Of a stretch of DNA of 64,000 nt, positions 29,473-38,452 are shown in pieces. The translations under genes were made by a program, and so were the position numbers. Source of the stretch: an uncultured Clostridia bacterium. Lineage in GTDB: Bacteria > Bacillota > Clostridia > Oscillospirales > Ruminococcaceae. The stretch lies in contig CANQJW010000001.1 in the NCBI GenBank assembly GCA_947624345.1, positions 21,499-85,498 of the forward strand. The letters run 5' to 3'. The notes below the pieces were generated by a model, which saw only the letters and a list, made by a program, of their open reading frames with translations, did no database searches and was not told where the DNA came from. Within the stretch, counting starts at the first letter, position 1, and every line of letters begins with the position of its first letter.

Positions 29473-29505
29473 TCGACATATTTATTAAAGGGCTTGGATT
29501 ATACT
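29473..29505 (+). promoter_or_regulatory. Candidate spoIIGA promoter with an over-long spacer and a Spo0A-box-like -35
   Basis: TCGACA (6 of 7 match to 0A box TTCGACA), 21-nt spacer, TATACT. This resembles the atypical B. subtilis spoIIG promoter architecture (from memory). Confidence 0.4.
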
Positions 29506-29531
29506 ATATATAAAGCGTGAGGTGAAGATCG

Positions 29532-30347
29532 TTGAAATGTATTTATGCCGATGTGTTGGTTATAACTAATATATACTTCACATATTTCTTTGTTAAGATC
29601 TTGACGCTTGTTTTTCACATTAAAGCTAAGCCAAAGCGTGTTGCTCTTGCGTCGGTGACAGGAGGTATATCATCTCTTTTGATTCTACTTCCCATAAGCG
29701 ATTACATAATTACAGTTCTAAAGATTATAGCAGTAATTATAATTATTCTCATCTGTGGCTTATCAAAAGACAAATACGATTTAATAAAATACTCGCTGAC
29801 TTTTATTCTTATCAACATAGTTTTTACAGGTCTATGTTTTTTTATCTGGCGATTGTCAGGCGGAAGAATGATTTATGTAAAGAATTTTACTGTATACTTT
29901 GACGTATCCTTGATAATGCTTATAATCGTCACAATTTTGGTATATTTCATAATGACCATAGCTGATTACTTTTTAATCAACAGAAGAAATCTTTCGGGTA
30001 TGTATACAATTACATTTAATCTTTTTAACAAAGATTACTCCTTTAAAGGGATAGTTGATACAGGGAATAATCTATATGATTATTTTTCAGGACGATCTGT
30101 TATAATTTGCAGAAGTAATGAGCTTATGGGATTGTATAATGAGCTTTTGAATCAGAATATAAATACAGGCTTTAGACTTATACCATATGCCACAATTTCC
30201 GGTGATAGCCTAATACCAATCAAGTCAATGCAGGGTATTAAAATAACTAATGAAAACGGTAACACCAAAGAGGTGAGAGCGTGTATCGGCATTACAAGCA
30301 GTGAAGCAGATGAGATGGCGATATTTAATCCAAGTATTTTAAGTTGA
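29532..30347 (+). CDS. spoIIGA: Sigma-E processing peptidase SpoIIGA
   Basis: TTG start after a GAGGTGAAG SD. Five N-terminal TM helices, then the aspartic-protease motif IVDTGNNLYD. Located upstream of sigE. Confidence 0.85.
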   Translation: MKCIYADVLVITNIYFTYFFVKILTLVFHIKAKPKRVALASVTGGISSLLILLPISDYIITVLKIIAVIIIILICGLSKDKYDLIKYSLTFILINIVFTGLCFFIWRLSGGRMIYVKNFTVYFDVSLIMLIIVTILVYFIMTIADYFLINRRNLSGMYTITFNLFNKDYSFKGIVDTGNNLYDYFSGRSVIICRSNELMGLYNELLNQNINTGFRLIPYATISGDSLIPIKSMQGIKITNENGNTKEVRACIGITSSEADEMAIFNPSILS

Positions 30348-30395
30348 ATTTATATAAAACAGGAAAGGGGATAAGCTCTTAATAGAGCAAAATAA

Positions 30396-31112
30396 ATGAA
30401 ACTGAACTTACTATTTAACAGAATCCTAAGCAAGATAACAATTTTACTTAACAGAAAGAAAAAGTATATAGATTACATAAACGGTCACGAATCTCTTCCA
30501 CCGCCACTTTCACCAGAGGAAGAGCAAAAAGCCTTTGAACAAATAAAGAATAATGATAAACGGGGAAGAGAAACCCTCATTGTTCACAATTTAAGACTTG
30601 TAGTTTATATTGCAAAAAAGTTTGAAACAACAGGCATAGGAATTGAGGATTTGATTTCAATTGGGACAATAGGTCTTATAAAGGCAGTAAACACATTTCA
30701 GGTTGACAAAAACATAAAGCTCGCAACATATGCCTCACGGTGTATTGAAAATGAAATACTAATGTTTTTGAGAAAATCAAATCAATATAGAAATGATATT
30801 TCAATCGACGAACCTCTTAATGTCGACTGGGACGGAAATGAGCTTTTGCTATCTGATATTCTAGGAACCGATGAAGATGTCGTAATAAGGGGAATTGAAA
30901 GCGAGGTTGAGCGGGAGCTTGTGCTGATTGAGATAGAAAAGCTGGGTGACAGAGAAAAGCGAATTATGAAAATGCGTTTTGGATTATCAGACGAAAAGGA
31001 AATGACTCAAAAGGAAGTTGCGGATATAGTTGGAATATCTCAATCATACATATCTAGACTTGAAAAGAGAATACTAAAAACAATAAAAGAAAATTTAGAA
31101 AAGATATGTTAG
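30396..31112 (+). CDS. sigE: RNA polymerase sporulation sigma factor SigE (pro-sigma-E)
   Basis: Pro-sequence followed by ESLPPPLSPEEE, region 2 LIVHNLRLVVYIAKKF, and region 4 QKEVADIVGISQSYISRLEKR. Confidence 0.9.
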   Translation: MKLNLLFNRILSKITILLNRKKKYIDYINGHESLPPPLSPEEEQKAFEQIKNNDKRGRETLIVHNLRLVVYIAKKFETTGIGIEDLISIGTIGLIKAVNTFQVDKNIKLATYASRCIENEILMFLRKSNQYRNDISIDEPLNVDWDGNELLLSDILGTDEDVVIRGIESEVERELVLIEIEKLGDREKRIMKMRFGLSDEKEMTQKEVADIVGISQSYISRLEKRILKTIKENLEKIC

Positions 31113-31117
31113 CACTC
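31109..31117 (+). promoter_or_regulatory. Extra CIRCE left half-site overlapping the sigE stop codon
   Basis: TTAGCACTC, identical to the consensus left arm, lies 15 nt upstream of the full CIRCE element. Confidence 0.5.
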
Positions 31118-31122
31118 AAAAA

Positions 31123-31151
31123 TTGCAAGTGATAGCACTCTAACATATAGA
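31123..31151 (+). promoter_or_regulatory. SigA-type promoter for hsp20, overlapped by CIRCE
   Basis: TTGCAA, 17-nt spacer, TATAGA. The CIRCE element covers the spacer and the -10. Confidence 0.5.
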
Positions 31152-31158
31152 GTGCTAA
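31132..31158 (+). promoter_or_regulatory. CIRCE operator (HrcA binding site)
   Basis: ATAGCACTC-N9-GAGTGCTAA compared with consensus TTAGCACTC-N9-GAGTGCTAA: one mismatch in 18 positions. Confidence 0.8.
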
Positions 31159-31306
31159 ATTTCATTGTAACATCACTAAATTTTCACAAAACGAACATAT
31201 AAGAGCATTATTATGTAGTTGTTAGAAGGAAAGAAGTGATTCCAATGAACAAGAATTTTTAAGATGTTAGCAAAACAAATCATTTTTACTCAAGGAGGAA
31301 TTTATT

Positions 31307-31741
31307 ATGTTATACGGATTAACACCATTTGAGAAAAGCACATTTGATCTATTCAATGTTTTTCACGAGTTTGAAAAGGACTTTTTCAACACAAAGTCAA
31401 CATCTGATTTAAGAGCCTGCAAGACTGATATCTGCGACAAGGGAGATAAGTTTGTTCTTGAAGCTGAATTACCTGGCTTTGCAAAGGAAGATATCAATAT
31501 TGATATTAACGGCGATTATCTGACGCTGACTGCTTCGCATAAATCTGAAAAAGAGGATAAGGACAAGGACGGCAATTATATTTGCAGAGAACGGAGTTAT
31601 GGCTCTTATCAGAGAAAATACAATATCTCTAATATTGATTCAAATGCTATTGAGGCTGAGTATAAAAACGGAATCTTAACTCTTGACCTTCCTAAGAAAA
31701 CTAAAACAGAGCCTGAATCAAGAAGACTTGAGATAAAGTAA
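31307..31741 (+). CDS. Hsp20/alpha-crystallin family small heat-shock protein
   Basis: 144 aa. Alpha-crystallin core FVLEAELPGFAKEDINIDI...GILTLDLPK. AAGGAGG SD. Confidence 0.9.
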   Translation: MLYGLTPFEKSTFDLFNVFHEFEKDFFNTKSTSDLRACKTDICDKGDKFVLEAELPGFAKEDINIDINGDYLTLTASHKSEKEDKDKDGNYICRERSYGSYQRKYNISNIDSNAIEAEYKNGILTLDLPKKTKTEPESRRLEIK

Positions 31742-31774
31742 CATTTCATTTTTGATTTTCCATATATTTTTAAT

Positions 31775-31808
31775 TACCTGCTGTGTTTTTCACAGTGGGT
31801 ATTTTTTT
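31775..31808 (+). terminator. Intrinsic terminator after hsp20
   Basis: 11-bp stem TACCTGCTGTG / CACAGTGGGTA (two G-U pairs), loop TTTTT, then TTTTTTT. Confidence 0.7.
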
Positions 31809-31843
31809 ACCAGAAATTGACCTTGTTAATCATTATATTTTTT

Positions 31844-31872
31844 GCATATAAAAAAATCTCACTGCCAATAAT
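31844..31872 (+). promoter_or_regulatory. Candidate forespore (SigF/SigG-type) promoter for sigG
   Basis: GCATA, 17-nt spacer, CAATAAT, loosely matching GHATR-N17/18-CATnnTA (consensus from memory). Confidence 0.3.
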
Positions 31873-31904
31873 TATATTAAAATAATTATTGGAGAAGATC
31901 ATAT

Positions 31905-32678
31905 ATGCAATATAATAAAGTTGAGATAAGCGGAGTAAATACTTCAGAGCTTCCGACTTTAAAGGAATCAGAAAAGCTGGAGCTTTTAAAAAAAGTTAAG
32001 AATGGCGATAAGAAAGCCAGAGATGAGCTTATAAACGGAAATTTAAGACTAGTATTAAGTGTTTTACAGATGTTTGCCGGTAGGGGAGATTCACCAGACG
32101 ATTTATTTCAAGTCGGGGTTGTGGGATTGATAAAGGCAATAGACAATTTTTCTCTTGAATATGATGTTAAGTTTTCAACATATGCATTTCCGATGATTCT
32201 GGGAGAGATAAGAAGGTACCTAAGAGATAATTTTCCTATACGGGTGAGTCGTTCTTTGCGTGATTTGGCATACAAAGCGATGCAGGCGAAAGAAAAATAT
32301 CTTAACGAGCATCAGAAAGAACCTAAAATAGACGAAATAGCAAAAATGATAGATGTAAAAACTTCAGACGTTGTAACAGCGCTTGAATCAATCTGCGATC
32401 CGATTTCGATATACGAGCCAGTATATTCCGATTCCGGAGACGCTTTGTTTGTGCTGGATCAGATAGGCGACGGAAATAATGATATTAGCTGGCTTAATGA
32501 AATTTCCTTAAAAGAGGCAATATCCAAGCTTATGCCAAGAGAGAAAAACATACTGAGTCTTAGATTTTTTCAGGGTAAAACTCAGGTTGAGGTAGCAAAA
32601 AGCATAGGAATTTCTCAGGCTCAGGTTTCAAGACTTGAAAAGGGAGCATTGGAGCAGATAAAAAAACAGTTCTGCTGA
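31905..32678 (+). CDS. sigG: RNA polymerase sporulation sigma factor SigG
   Basis: Aligns along its whole length with B. subtilis SigG from memory: NKVEISGVNTSELP, NGNLRLVLSV, FSTYAFPMILGEIRRYLRD, QAQVSRLEK. Confidence 0.9.
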   Translation: MQYNKVEISGVNTSELPTLKESEKLELLKKVKNGDKKARDELINGNLRLVLSVLQMFAGRGDSPDDLFQVGVVGLIKAIDNFSLEYDVKFSTYAFPMILGEIRRYLRDNFPIRVSRSLRDLAYKAMQAKEKYLNEHQKEPKIDEIAKMIDVKTSDVVTALESICDPISIYEPVYSDSGDALFVLDQIGDGNNDISWLNEISLKEAISKLMPREKNILSLRFFQGKTQVEVAKSIGISQAQVSRLEKGALEQIKKQFC

Positions 32679-32705
32679 ATAATCTAAATTTATAAAATCA
32701 CGGAC

Positions 32706-32734
32706 TTGACAATTTAAGAAAATTGTGTTAATAT
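32706..32734 (+). promoter_or_regulatory. SigA promoter of the tyrS T-box leader
   Basis: TTGACA, 17-nt spacer, TAATAT, with a TGT extended -10. Confidence 0.7.
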
Positions 32735-32740
32735 ATCTAA

Positions 32741-32987
32741 AACTAAAAGCTGTGATAAGAATAAGTAGCTTATCCTTGTTATTTTAAGAGAGCTTTCGGT
32801 TGGTGTGAGAAAGCAATAACACGATTAGTGAATACATCTTTGAGCTGATATTCTGAAATAATAGTAGGTTTATTCGATTAACGCCCGTTATAGCGTTATG
32901 AGTTCGCGGTTAATGTTTAGTCGTGATAAATTGAGGTGGTACCACGATTTATTCGTCCTCTGGCTGATGTCAGAGGACTTTTATTTT
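32741..32987 (+). promoter_or_regulatory. T-box riboswitch leader, tyrosine specifier (UAC)
   Basis: Stem I with an AGAGA box and a GGTGTGAGAAAG distal region. Specifier loop GAA-UAC-A, with UAC at 32833..32835. T-box AAATTGAGGTGGTACCACG at about 32928..32946. Terminator GTCCTCTG / CAGAGGAC (32955..32978) plus a T-run. Confidence 0.9.
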
Positions 32988-33099
32988 AATATTAAGGGGT
33001 GATATTCGTGAAATCAGGATTTGATTTCATCGTTTATGAATAAGTGAAAACAGTATAATTTATCTATAAAGAATAAAATACAATTTCGGAGGAATAAAA

Positions 33100-34320
33100 A
33101 TGACAGTATTTGAAGATTTAAAAAGAAGAGGACTTATTGCACAGCTTACAGATGAAAAGGAAATTGAGGAGCTTGTCAACGAAGGAAAGGCGACATTTTA
33201 TATCGGCTTTGACCCGACAGCCGACAGTCTGCATGTTGGGCATTTTATGGCTCTTTGTCTGATGAAGAGAATGCAGATGGCAGGGAACAAACCTATAGTT
33301 CTTATCGGCGGGGGAACCGCTATGGTAGGCGATCCGTCGGGAAGAACAGATATGAGAAAGATGATGACTCCTGAAACTATTCAGCATAATGTTGATTGCT
33401 TTAAAAAGCAGATGAGCCGTTTTATTGATTTCTCAGAGGAAAAGGCTATTGTTGTAAATAATGCCGACTGGCTTATGAATTTAAACTATGTTGAGGTTTT
33501 AAGAGAAGTAGGACCTCACTTTAGCGTAAACAGAATGCTTTCGCATGAGTGTTATAAGCAGAGAATGGAAAGAGGATTATCTTTCCTTGAGTTTAATTAT
33601 ATGATTATGCAAAGCTATGACTTCTATGTTCTGTATCAGAAGTACGGATGCAATATGCAGTTCGGCGGAGACGACCAATGGGCAAATATGCTGGGCGGAA
33701 CTGAGCTTATCAGACGAAAGCTCGGCGAGGATGCTTATGCTATGACAATCACTCTCTTGCTCAATTCCGAGGGCAAAAAGATGGGCAAGACTGAGAAGGG
33801 CGCTGTATGGCTTGATGCTGAAAAAACCTCTCCTTATGATTTCTATCAGTACTGGAGAAATGTTAATGATGCTGATGTTATTAAGTGCCTGAAGATGCTT
33901 ACTTTTGTTCCTATCGAGGAAATAGAGGAAATGGAAAGAACAATGGAGGGCGCAGAGCTTAACAAAGCGAAAGAGATTTTAGCTTACGAGCTTACAAAGC
34001 TGGTTCACGGAGAAGAGGAAGCAAACAAATCTCAGAGCGCCGCAAAATCTGTTTTTGGAATGGGAAACGCAAGCGATGATATGCCGACAACTAAAATCAG
34101 CGCTGACGATTTAAATGAAGACGGAAGTATAGGGCTTTTGACCCTTTTGGTTAAGTGTGGTCTTGCAACATCAAATGGTGAGGCAAGGAGACTTGTTCAG
34201 CAGGGCGGTGTATCAATAAACGATGAAAAGATACTTGATCCAAAGGCTATGGTAACTCTTGATGGACCTGTCATCATAAAAAAGGGAAAGAAAGTTTTCC
34301 ACAAGGTTGATAAAGAATAA
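33100..34320 (+). CDS. tyrS: Tyrosine--tRNA ligase
   Basis: HIGH motif SLHVGH, KMSKS-like KMGKT, and a C-terminal S4 domain. Confidence 0.95.
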   Translation: MTVFEDLKRRGLIAQLTDEKEIEELVNEGKATFYIGFDPTADSLHVGHFMALCLMKRMQMAGNKPIVLIGGGTAMVGDPSGRTDMRKMMTPETIQHNVDCFKKQMSRFIDFSEEKAIVVNNADWLMNLNYVEVLREVGPHFSVNRMLSHECYKQRMERGLSFLEFNYMIMQSYDFYVLYQKYGCNMQFGGDDQWANMLGGTELIRRKLGEDAYAMTITLLLNSEGKKMGKTEKGAVWLDAEKTSPYDFYQYWRNVNDADVIKCLKMLTFVPIEEIEEMERTMEGAELNKAKEILAYELTKLVHGEEEANKSQSAAKSVFGMGNASDDMPTTKISADDLNEDGSIGLLTLLVKCGLATSNGEARRLVQQGGVSINDEKILDPKAMVTLDGPVIIKKGKKVFHKVDKE

Positions 34321-34323
34321 CAA

Positions 34324-34363
34324 TTTAAGGTGAAGAGCAATATTGCTTTTCACCTTAAATTTT
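34324..34363. terminator. Bidirectional terminator between tyrS and the dnaI-like gene
   Basis: 16-bp stem TTTAAGGTGAAGAGCA / TGCTTTTCACCTTAAA (one G-U pair), 4-nt loop, T-rich flanks on both strands. Confidence 0.75.
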
Positions 34364-35354
34364 ATCTATCCTTCATTCGTCTTTTAATTTGTCTTATATC
34401 CGTTCCGAAGAATCTATATGTATTATACATTCCTGTAAATCTTGATATGATCCTGTCGTCATATTTATCATTGAGCTCTGATAGAGAAAGGTTTGTAGAA
34501 ACGATTGTTGGAACCTCCATATTTATTCGTGTGTTTATGATATTATACAGCGTTGAATTATTAAAAGGTGTTGAAAACTCAGAGCCTAAGTCGTCAAGAA
34601 TAACCAAATCTGCATTTATAATAGCTTCAACAGTATTTCCATTGCTTCTCCTGAAATGATCGTTTTCAGCTCTGATAAGGAAGTTGTTTATTGAATCAAA
34701 AGCTACATTAAAGCCTTTTTCAATCAGCGCTTTTGCTATCATAGATGAAATAAAGGTTTTGCCGAGACCTGTATTACCAAAGAAAAACAAAGAGCAGGAA
34801 TTCTTTGAAAATGTATCAACATAATTCTTACACTGAGCAAGAATATCGCTCATTCTCTCTCTTGGTATAATACCGGAACTATCGGGGATATTTGAGTAAA
34901 GTTCCATATTAAATTCTTCGAAATCGTGAAGCTCAATCTTACAGCTTTCGTTAAGCTCTTCAACAGTGTATTTTTTGATAAGCTCATTGAAGCAGTTACA
35001 CCTGTTACCGTTTACATATCCGCTGTCATCACAAATAGGGCAGGTGAATTTTGCCGTTAAGTAGTCTTCGGGATAACCGAATTCTCTAAGCATTACTTTT
35101 ATCTTTAATTGGTTTTGAAGGTTTTTATTTTTGAGTTCATCAATGATCTTGTCAATGTCACCGCTATGTGAAATTATTGCCCTTGACAGATCAATGCTTG
35201 TCTTTAAAATTCTGTTATATAATGAATCTATTTCTGGTGCCTTTTGACTTATTTCAGCTTTGTGAAGCTCAAGCGTTTGGAAAGCCTTGTTTCTTCTGCT
35301 TTCTATTTCCGAAGCAGCTTTAGTAAAAGCCGTTGGTGAGATGTTATTATTCAT
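34362..35354 (-). CDS. DnaC/DnaI-like replicative helicase loader (AAA+ ATPase)
   Basis: Zinc-finger-like CPICDDSGYVNGNRCNC, Walker A GNTGLGKTF, Walker B LVILDDLG. Paired with the upstream DnaD-domain gene. Confidence 0.8.
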   Translation of the reverse strand: MNNNISPTAFTKAASEIESRRNKAFQTLELHKAEISQKAPEIDSLYNRILKTSIDLSRAIISHSGDIDKIIDELKNKNLQNQLKIKVMLREFGYPEDYLTAKFTCPICDDSGYVNGNRCNCFNELIKKYTVEELNESCKIELHDFEEFNMELYSNIPDSSGIIPRERMSDILAQCKNYVDTFSKNSCSLFFFGNTGLGKTFISSMIAKALIEKGFNVAFDSINNFLIRAENDHFRRSNGNTVEAIINADLVILDDLGSEFSTPFNNSTLYNIINTRINMEVPTIVSTNLSLSELNDKYDDRIISRFTGMYNTYRFFGTDIRQIKRRMKDR

Positions 35355-35361
35355 TACTGTA

Positions 35362-36396
35362 TCAATCCTTTCCCTTTATTTTAGGAACATGATTTAATGT
35401 GAATTCGTCAAACTCATTTAGATCGTATGAATGATCTTTTTTATTTTTCTTTGAATTATACTTTTTGGCTTTGGCATCGTGGATATTGACCTCATCTGGG
35501 GTAAATATCTTTTCATTCGCCCAGCTTGTTATAATTTTATTTATATAAGGGAATGAAAGCTTGTTTATCTGGTCAACACATTTTTCATAAGCAAGCCCAA
35601 TCATATCAATGTCAAATCCCAAATCAGTCCATGAATTTATATATTCCTTTTGTTTTTTAGTAAGATTTGTAGTCATACCGAATAATTTGGCAACTTTGCT
35701 TTCAACGGTATGTGATTTCATCAATTTAATTATTTCTGCTTCAACCTGTTGATAAGAAGTAATATCCTGCTCAAACCAAGCTTCGGCAATGCTTTCAACA
35801 TATCTTATACTTGATTTTCCAATATCATCGCAATATTGAACAAGCAGAAGTATTGATGCAACCGGAAAGCCGTAATTTTCAACTAAATTTATGTATCCGC
35901 ATTGTTCGGTAAATCTCAAATTCCTTTTTAGTATTACTTCAAGCTGTGAGAACATTTCCTTAATTTCTTTTTGGCTATTTACAATATCAGCTATTTCTTT
36001 AGAAGAATATTTTGCGTGACTTTTCTTCTCCAATGAGTTCTTTGCCGGATTTTCTGCAGGAAGAATTGATGCTTGTTTTGCAGTAACATTTACTGCAACT
36101 GGATCTGTTTTATTTTCTTTAGAATTATCCTTATTAGCTTTTCTTAAAACTGTAACATTAAGTACCGAAAAAATCTCGTGCTGACTCCAATAAACAATGG
36201 CATCATCGACAATATCGGTTGAAATTCCCGTAGTTACGCTTATATCCTCTGATACTATTTCATTTTTATCACTGGATAATATATATAAGAGTACCTTTAA
36301 AAAATCACCGCTGCAAAGCTTGATGTGCTCAGAAACTACCTTACAGGGAACAGTAAAGAATTGACCCCAGTTTTTTCTCTCTATTTTGTACTTCAT
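35362..36396 (-). CDS. DnaD-domain replication initiation / primosome protein (DnaB/DnaD-like)
   Basis: C-terminal DnaD-type repeat with YINSW...GF..DMI..A...C and INKIITSW. Start set at the ATG after a GAGGTG SD; the ORF-track TTG lies inside that SD. Confidence 0.7.
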   Translation of the reverse strand: MKYKIERKNWGQFFTVPCKVVSEHIKLCSGDFLKVLLYILSSDKNEIVSEDISVTTGISTDIVDDAIVYWSQHEIFSVLNVTVLRKANKDNSKENKTDPVAVNVTAKQASILPAENPAKNSLEKKSHAKYSSKEIADIVNSQKEIKEMFSQLEVILKRNLRFTEQCGYINLVENYGFPVASILLLVQYCDDIGKSSIRYVESIAEAWFEQDITSYQQVEAEIIKLMKSHTVESKVAKLFGMTTNLTKKQKEYINSWTDLGFDIDMIGLAYEKCVDQINKLSFPYINKIITSWANEKIFTPDEVNIHDAKAKKYNSKKNKKDHSYDLNEFDEFTLNHVPKIKGKD

Positions 36397-36533
36397 TTTA
36401 CACCTCAATTATAGAACCAGAAAAAATAGCTGATAAACTAAAAACAAAACATTATTATTTATTCGACATAAAAATATAATTTAGTATAACACATAAAAAA
36501 ATCATTTGCAATTCAAAATATTCATAAATTTAC

Positions 36534-36562
36534 TTGAAATAACTGTTATTCTATGTTATAAT
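36534..36562 (+). promoter_or_regulatory. SigA promoter upstream of miaB
   Basis: TTGAAA, 17-nt spacer, TATAAT, with a TGT extended -10. Confidence 0.65.
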
Positions 36563-36593
36563 ACACTATATATAATTAAAAGGGAGCTTAGTT

Positions 36594-37979
36594 TTGAAAA
36601 ATAAGTCTATATGTTGTATTGATAATGTTTTTTCAATAGAAAATTTAAAAAATTTAATAACGGTTATACACGGTGAGAATACACCTTTGTGTTATTTGCA
36701 TTCCTTCGGCTGTCAGCAAAATGCTACCGACGGCGAAAAGATAAAGGGTATGCTTGCAGAAATCGGGTACGATTTTACCGATGATACAGAAAAAGCTTCT
36801 CTGATTATTATGAACACTTGTGCTGTACGCGAACACGCCGAGGACAGAGTTTTCGGCAATATAGGAAAATTCAAGAAATTAAAGAAAGAGAAACCCGATA
36901 CAATTATATGTGTATGTGGCTGTATGGCACAGCAAAAGCATATTGCTGAGAGAATAAAGAATAACTATCATCAGGTTGATTTGGTATTTGGAACTTTTGC
37001 TTATAATAAGTTTTATGAAATGCTTTATGAGGTTTTGAAAACCAAAAGCAGAGTGTTTAACATAAGTGAGCAGGATGACAGTATAAATGAGAATTTAAAA
37101 CAGCTTAGAGACAGCAAGATAAAGGCATCAGTTCCGATAATGTATGGCTGCAACAATTTCTGCACATATTGTATAGTGCCGTATGTTAGAGGCAGAGAGC
37201 GTTCAAGACCTGTCGAGGCAGTTTTTGATGAAGTATCAGATTTAGTTAAAGCAGGATATAAGGAGATAACTCTGCTCGGTCAGAATGTTAATTCTTACAG
37301 CTATGGTTTTCCGCAGCTTTTGAAAAGGCTGAATACTATTGAGGGCGATTTCAGAATCCGCTTTATGAGTTCTCACCCAAAGGACGCAACATCTGAGCTT
37401 ATTGATACAATACTTGATTGTGACAAAGTATGCAAGCATCTTCATTTGCCTATGCAGTCAGGGTGTAACAGAGTGCTCAAAGAGATGAACAGAAAATACA
37501 CCGTTGAGGAATATGCAAAAATCATTGATTATGCAAGAGAAATAAATCCTGATTTTTCATTCACAAGCGATATAATTGTGGGATTTCCGGGCGAGACATA
37601 TGAGGAATTCTGTGAGACAAAGAAAGCTATAAATAGATTTAAATTCGATAATATATATTCATTTGTCTACTCAAAAAGAAGTGGAACAAAGGCCGCTTTA
37701 ATGGAGGATAACATAAGCCATAAACAAAAGGGCTTATGGCTCAGAGAGCTTTTGCTTGAGCACAGAGAAAACAATGTTTCGTGGATGTCAAGATTTGTTG
37801 GCAAGACGTTAAAGGTTCTAGCTGAGAAAGAGGGAAGAACCTCTGAACATCATCTTAACGGAAGAAGTGATGAAAATATTATTGTCGAATTTATTGGCGA
37901 TAAGGCTTTGATTGGAAGCTTTGTTAATGTAAAAATAACTAAAGCAATGAACTGGGCTTTGCTCGGGGAAATTGTTTAA
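36594..37979 (+). CDS. miaB: tRNA-2-methylthio-N6-dimethylallyladenosine synthase MiaB
   Basis: UPF0004 domain Cys residues (FGCQQN, NTCAVRE, CGC), radical-SAM CNNFCTYCIVP, and a C-terminal TRAM domain. Confidence 0.9.
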   Translation: MKNKSICCIDNVFSIENLKNLITVIHGENTPLCYLHSFGCQQNATDGEKIKGMLAEIGYDFTDDTEKASLIIMNTCAVREHAEDRVFGNIGKFKKLKKEKPDTIICVCGCMAQQKHIAERIKNNYHQVDLVFGTFAYNKFYEMLYEVLKTKSRVFNISEQDDSINENLKQLRDSKIKASVPIMYGCNNFCTYCIVPYVRGRERSRPVEAVFDEVSDLVKAGYKEITLLGQNVNSYSYGFPQLLKRLNTIEGDFRIRFMSSHPKDATSELIDTILDCDKVCKHLHLPMQSGCNRVLKEMNRKYTVEEYAKIIDYAREINPDFSFTSDIIVGFPGETYEEFCETKKAINRFKFDNIYSFVYSKRSGTKAALMEDNISHKQKGLWLRELLLEHRENNVSWMSRFVGKTLKVLAEKEGRTSEHHLNGRSDENIIVEFIGDKALIGSFVNVKITKAMNWALLGEIV

Positions 37980-38006
37980 TATATTAAAGTATAAAGGAGA
38001 TTTATT

Positions 38007-38417
38007 ATGTCAGTTATTGAAATGACAAGGGAGCTTGGAAAGGCTCTGCAAGAGGATGAAAGATACAAGAAGTACCAGGAAGCAAAGGTTAATAATGATA
38101 AGGACACCGAGCTTCAAAATATGATAGGCGAATTTAATGTTAAGAGAATGCAGCTTAATCAGGAGATGCAGAAGCAAGAAAAAGATTCTGAGGCTATGCA
38201 AAGACTTGACGGCGAGTTGAAAGAAGTTTATAACAAGATTATGGCAAATCCTAATATGGTAAAGTTTACTGATGCTCAGCAGAAAGTTGAAAAGCTTATA
38301 AATTCCATAAACTTTATTATCAGCATGGCTGCTAACGGAGAAGATCCAATGACCTGTCCTGAGGAACAGCCTGCAAGCTGTGGAGGAAGCTGTTCAACCT
38401 GCGGAGGTTGTCACTAA
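38007..38417 (+). CDS. YlbF/YmcA-family regulator-like protein with a C-terminal Cys-rich tail
   Basis: 136 aa. Helical N-terminal part typical of UPF0342/YlbF (LGKALQEDERYKKYQEAK, F..AQQKVEKL). Tail is MTCPEEQPASCGGSCSTCGGCH. Confidence 0.7.
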   Translation: MSVIEMTRELGKALQEDERYKKYQEAKVNNDKDTELQNMIGEFNVKRMQLNQEMQKQEKDSEAMQRLDGELKEVYNKIMANPNMVKFTDAQQKVEKLINSINFIISMAANGEDPMTCPEEQPASCGGSCSTCGGCH

Positions 38418-38452
38418 TTTTAATTTATGTTTTGTTAGAGAGGTGAGTTCAA

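Noticed and set aside
34330-34659. Plus-strand 109-aa ORF downstream of tyrS.
   Set aside because: It starts inside the bidirectional terminator hairpin and lies entirely antisense to the 3' end of the well-supported dnaI-like gene. The hydrophobic translation looks like nonsense.
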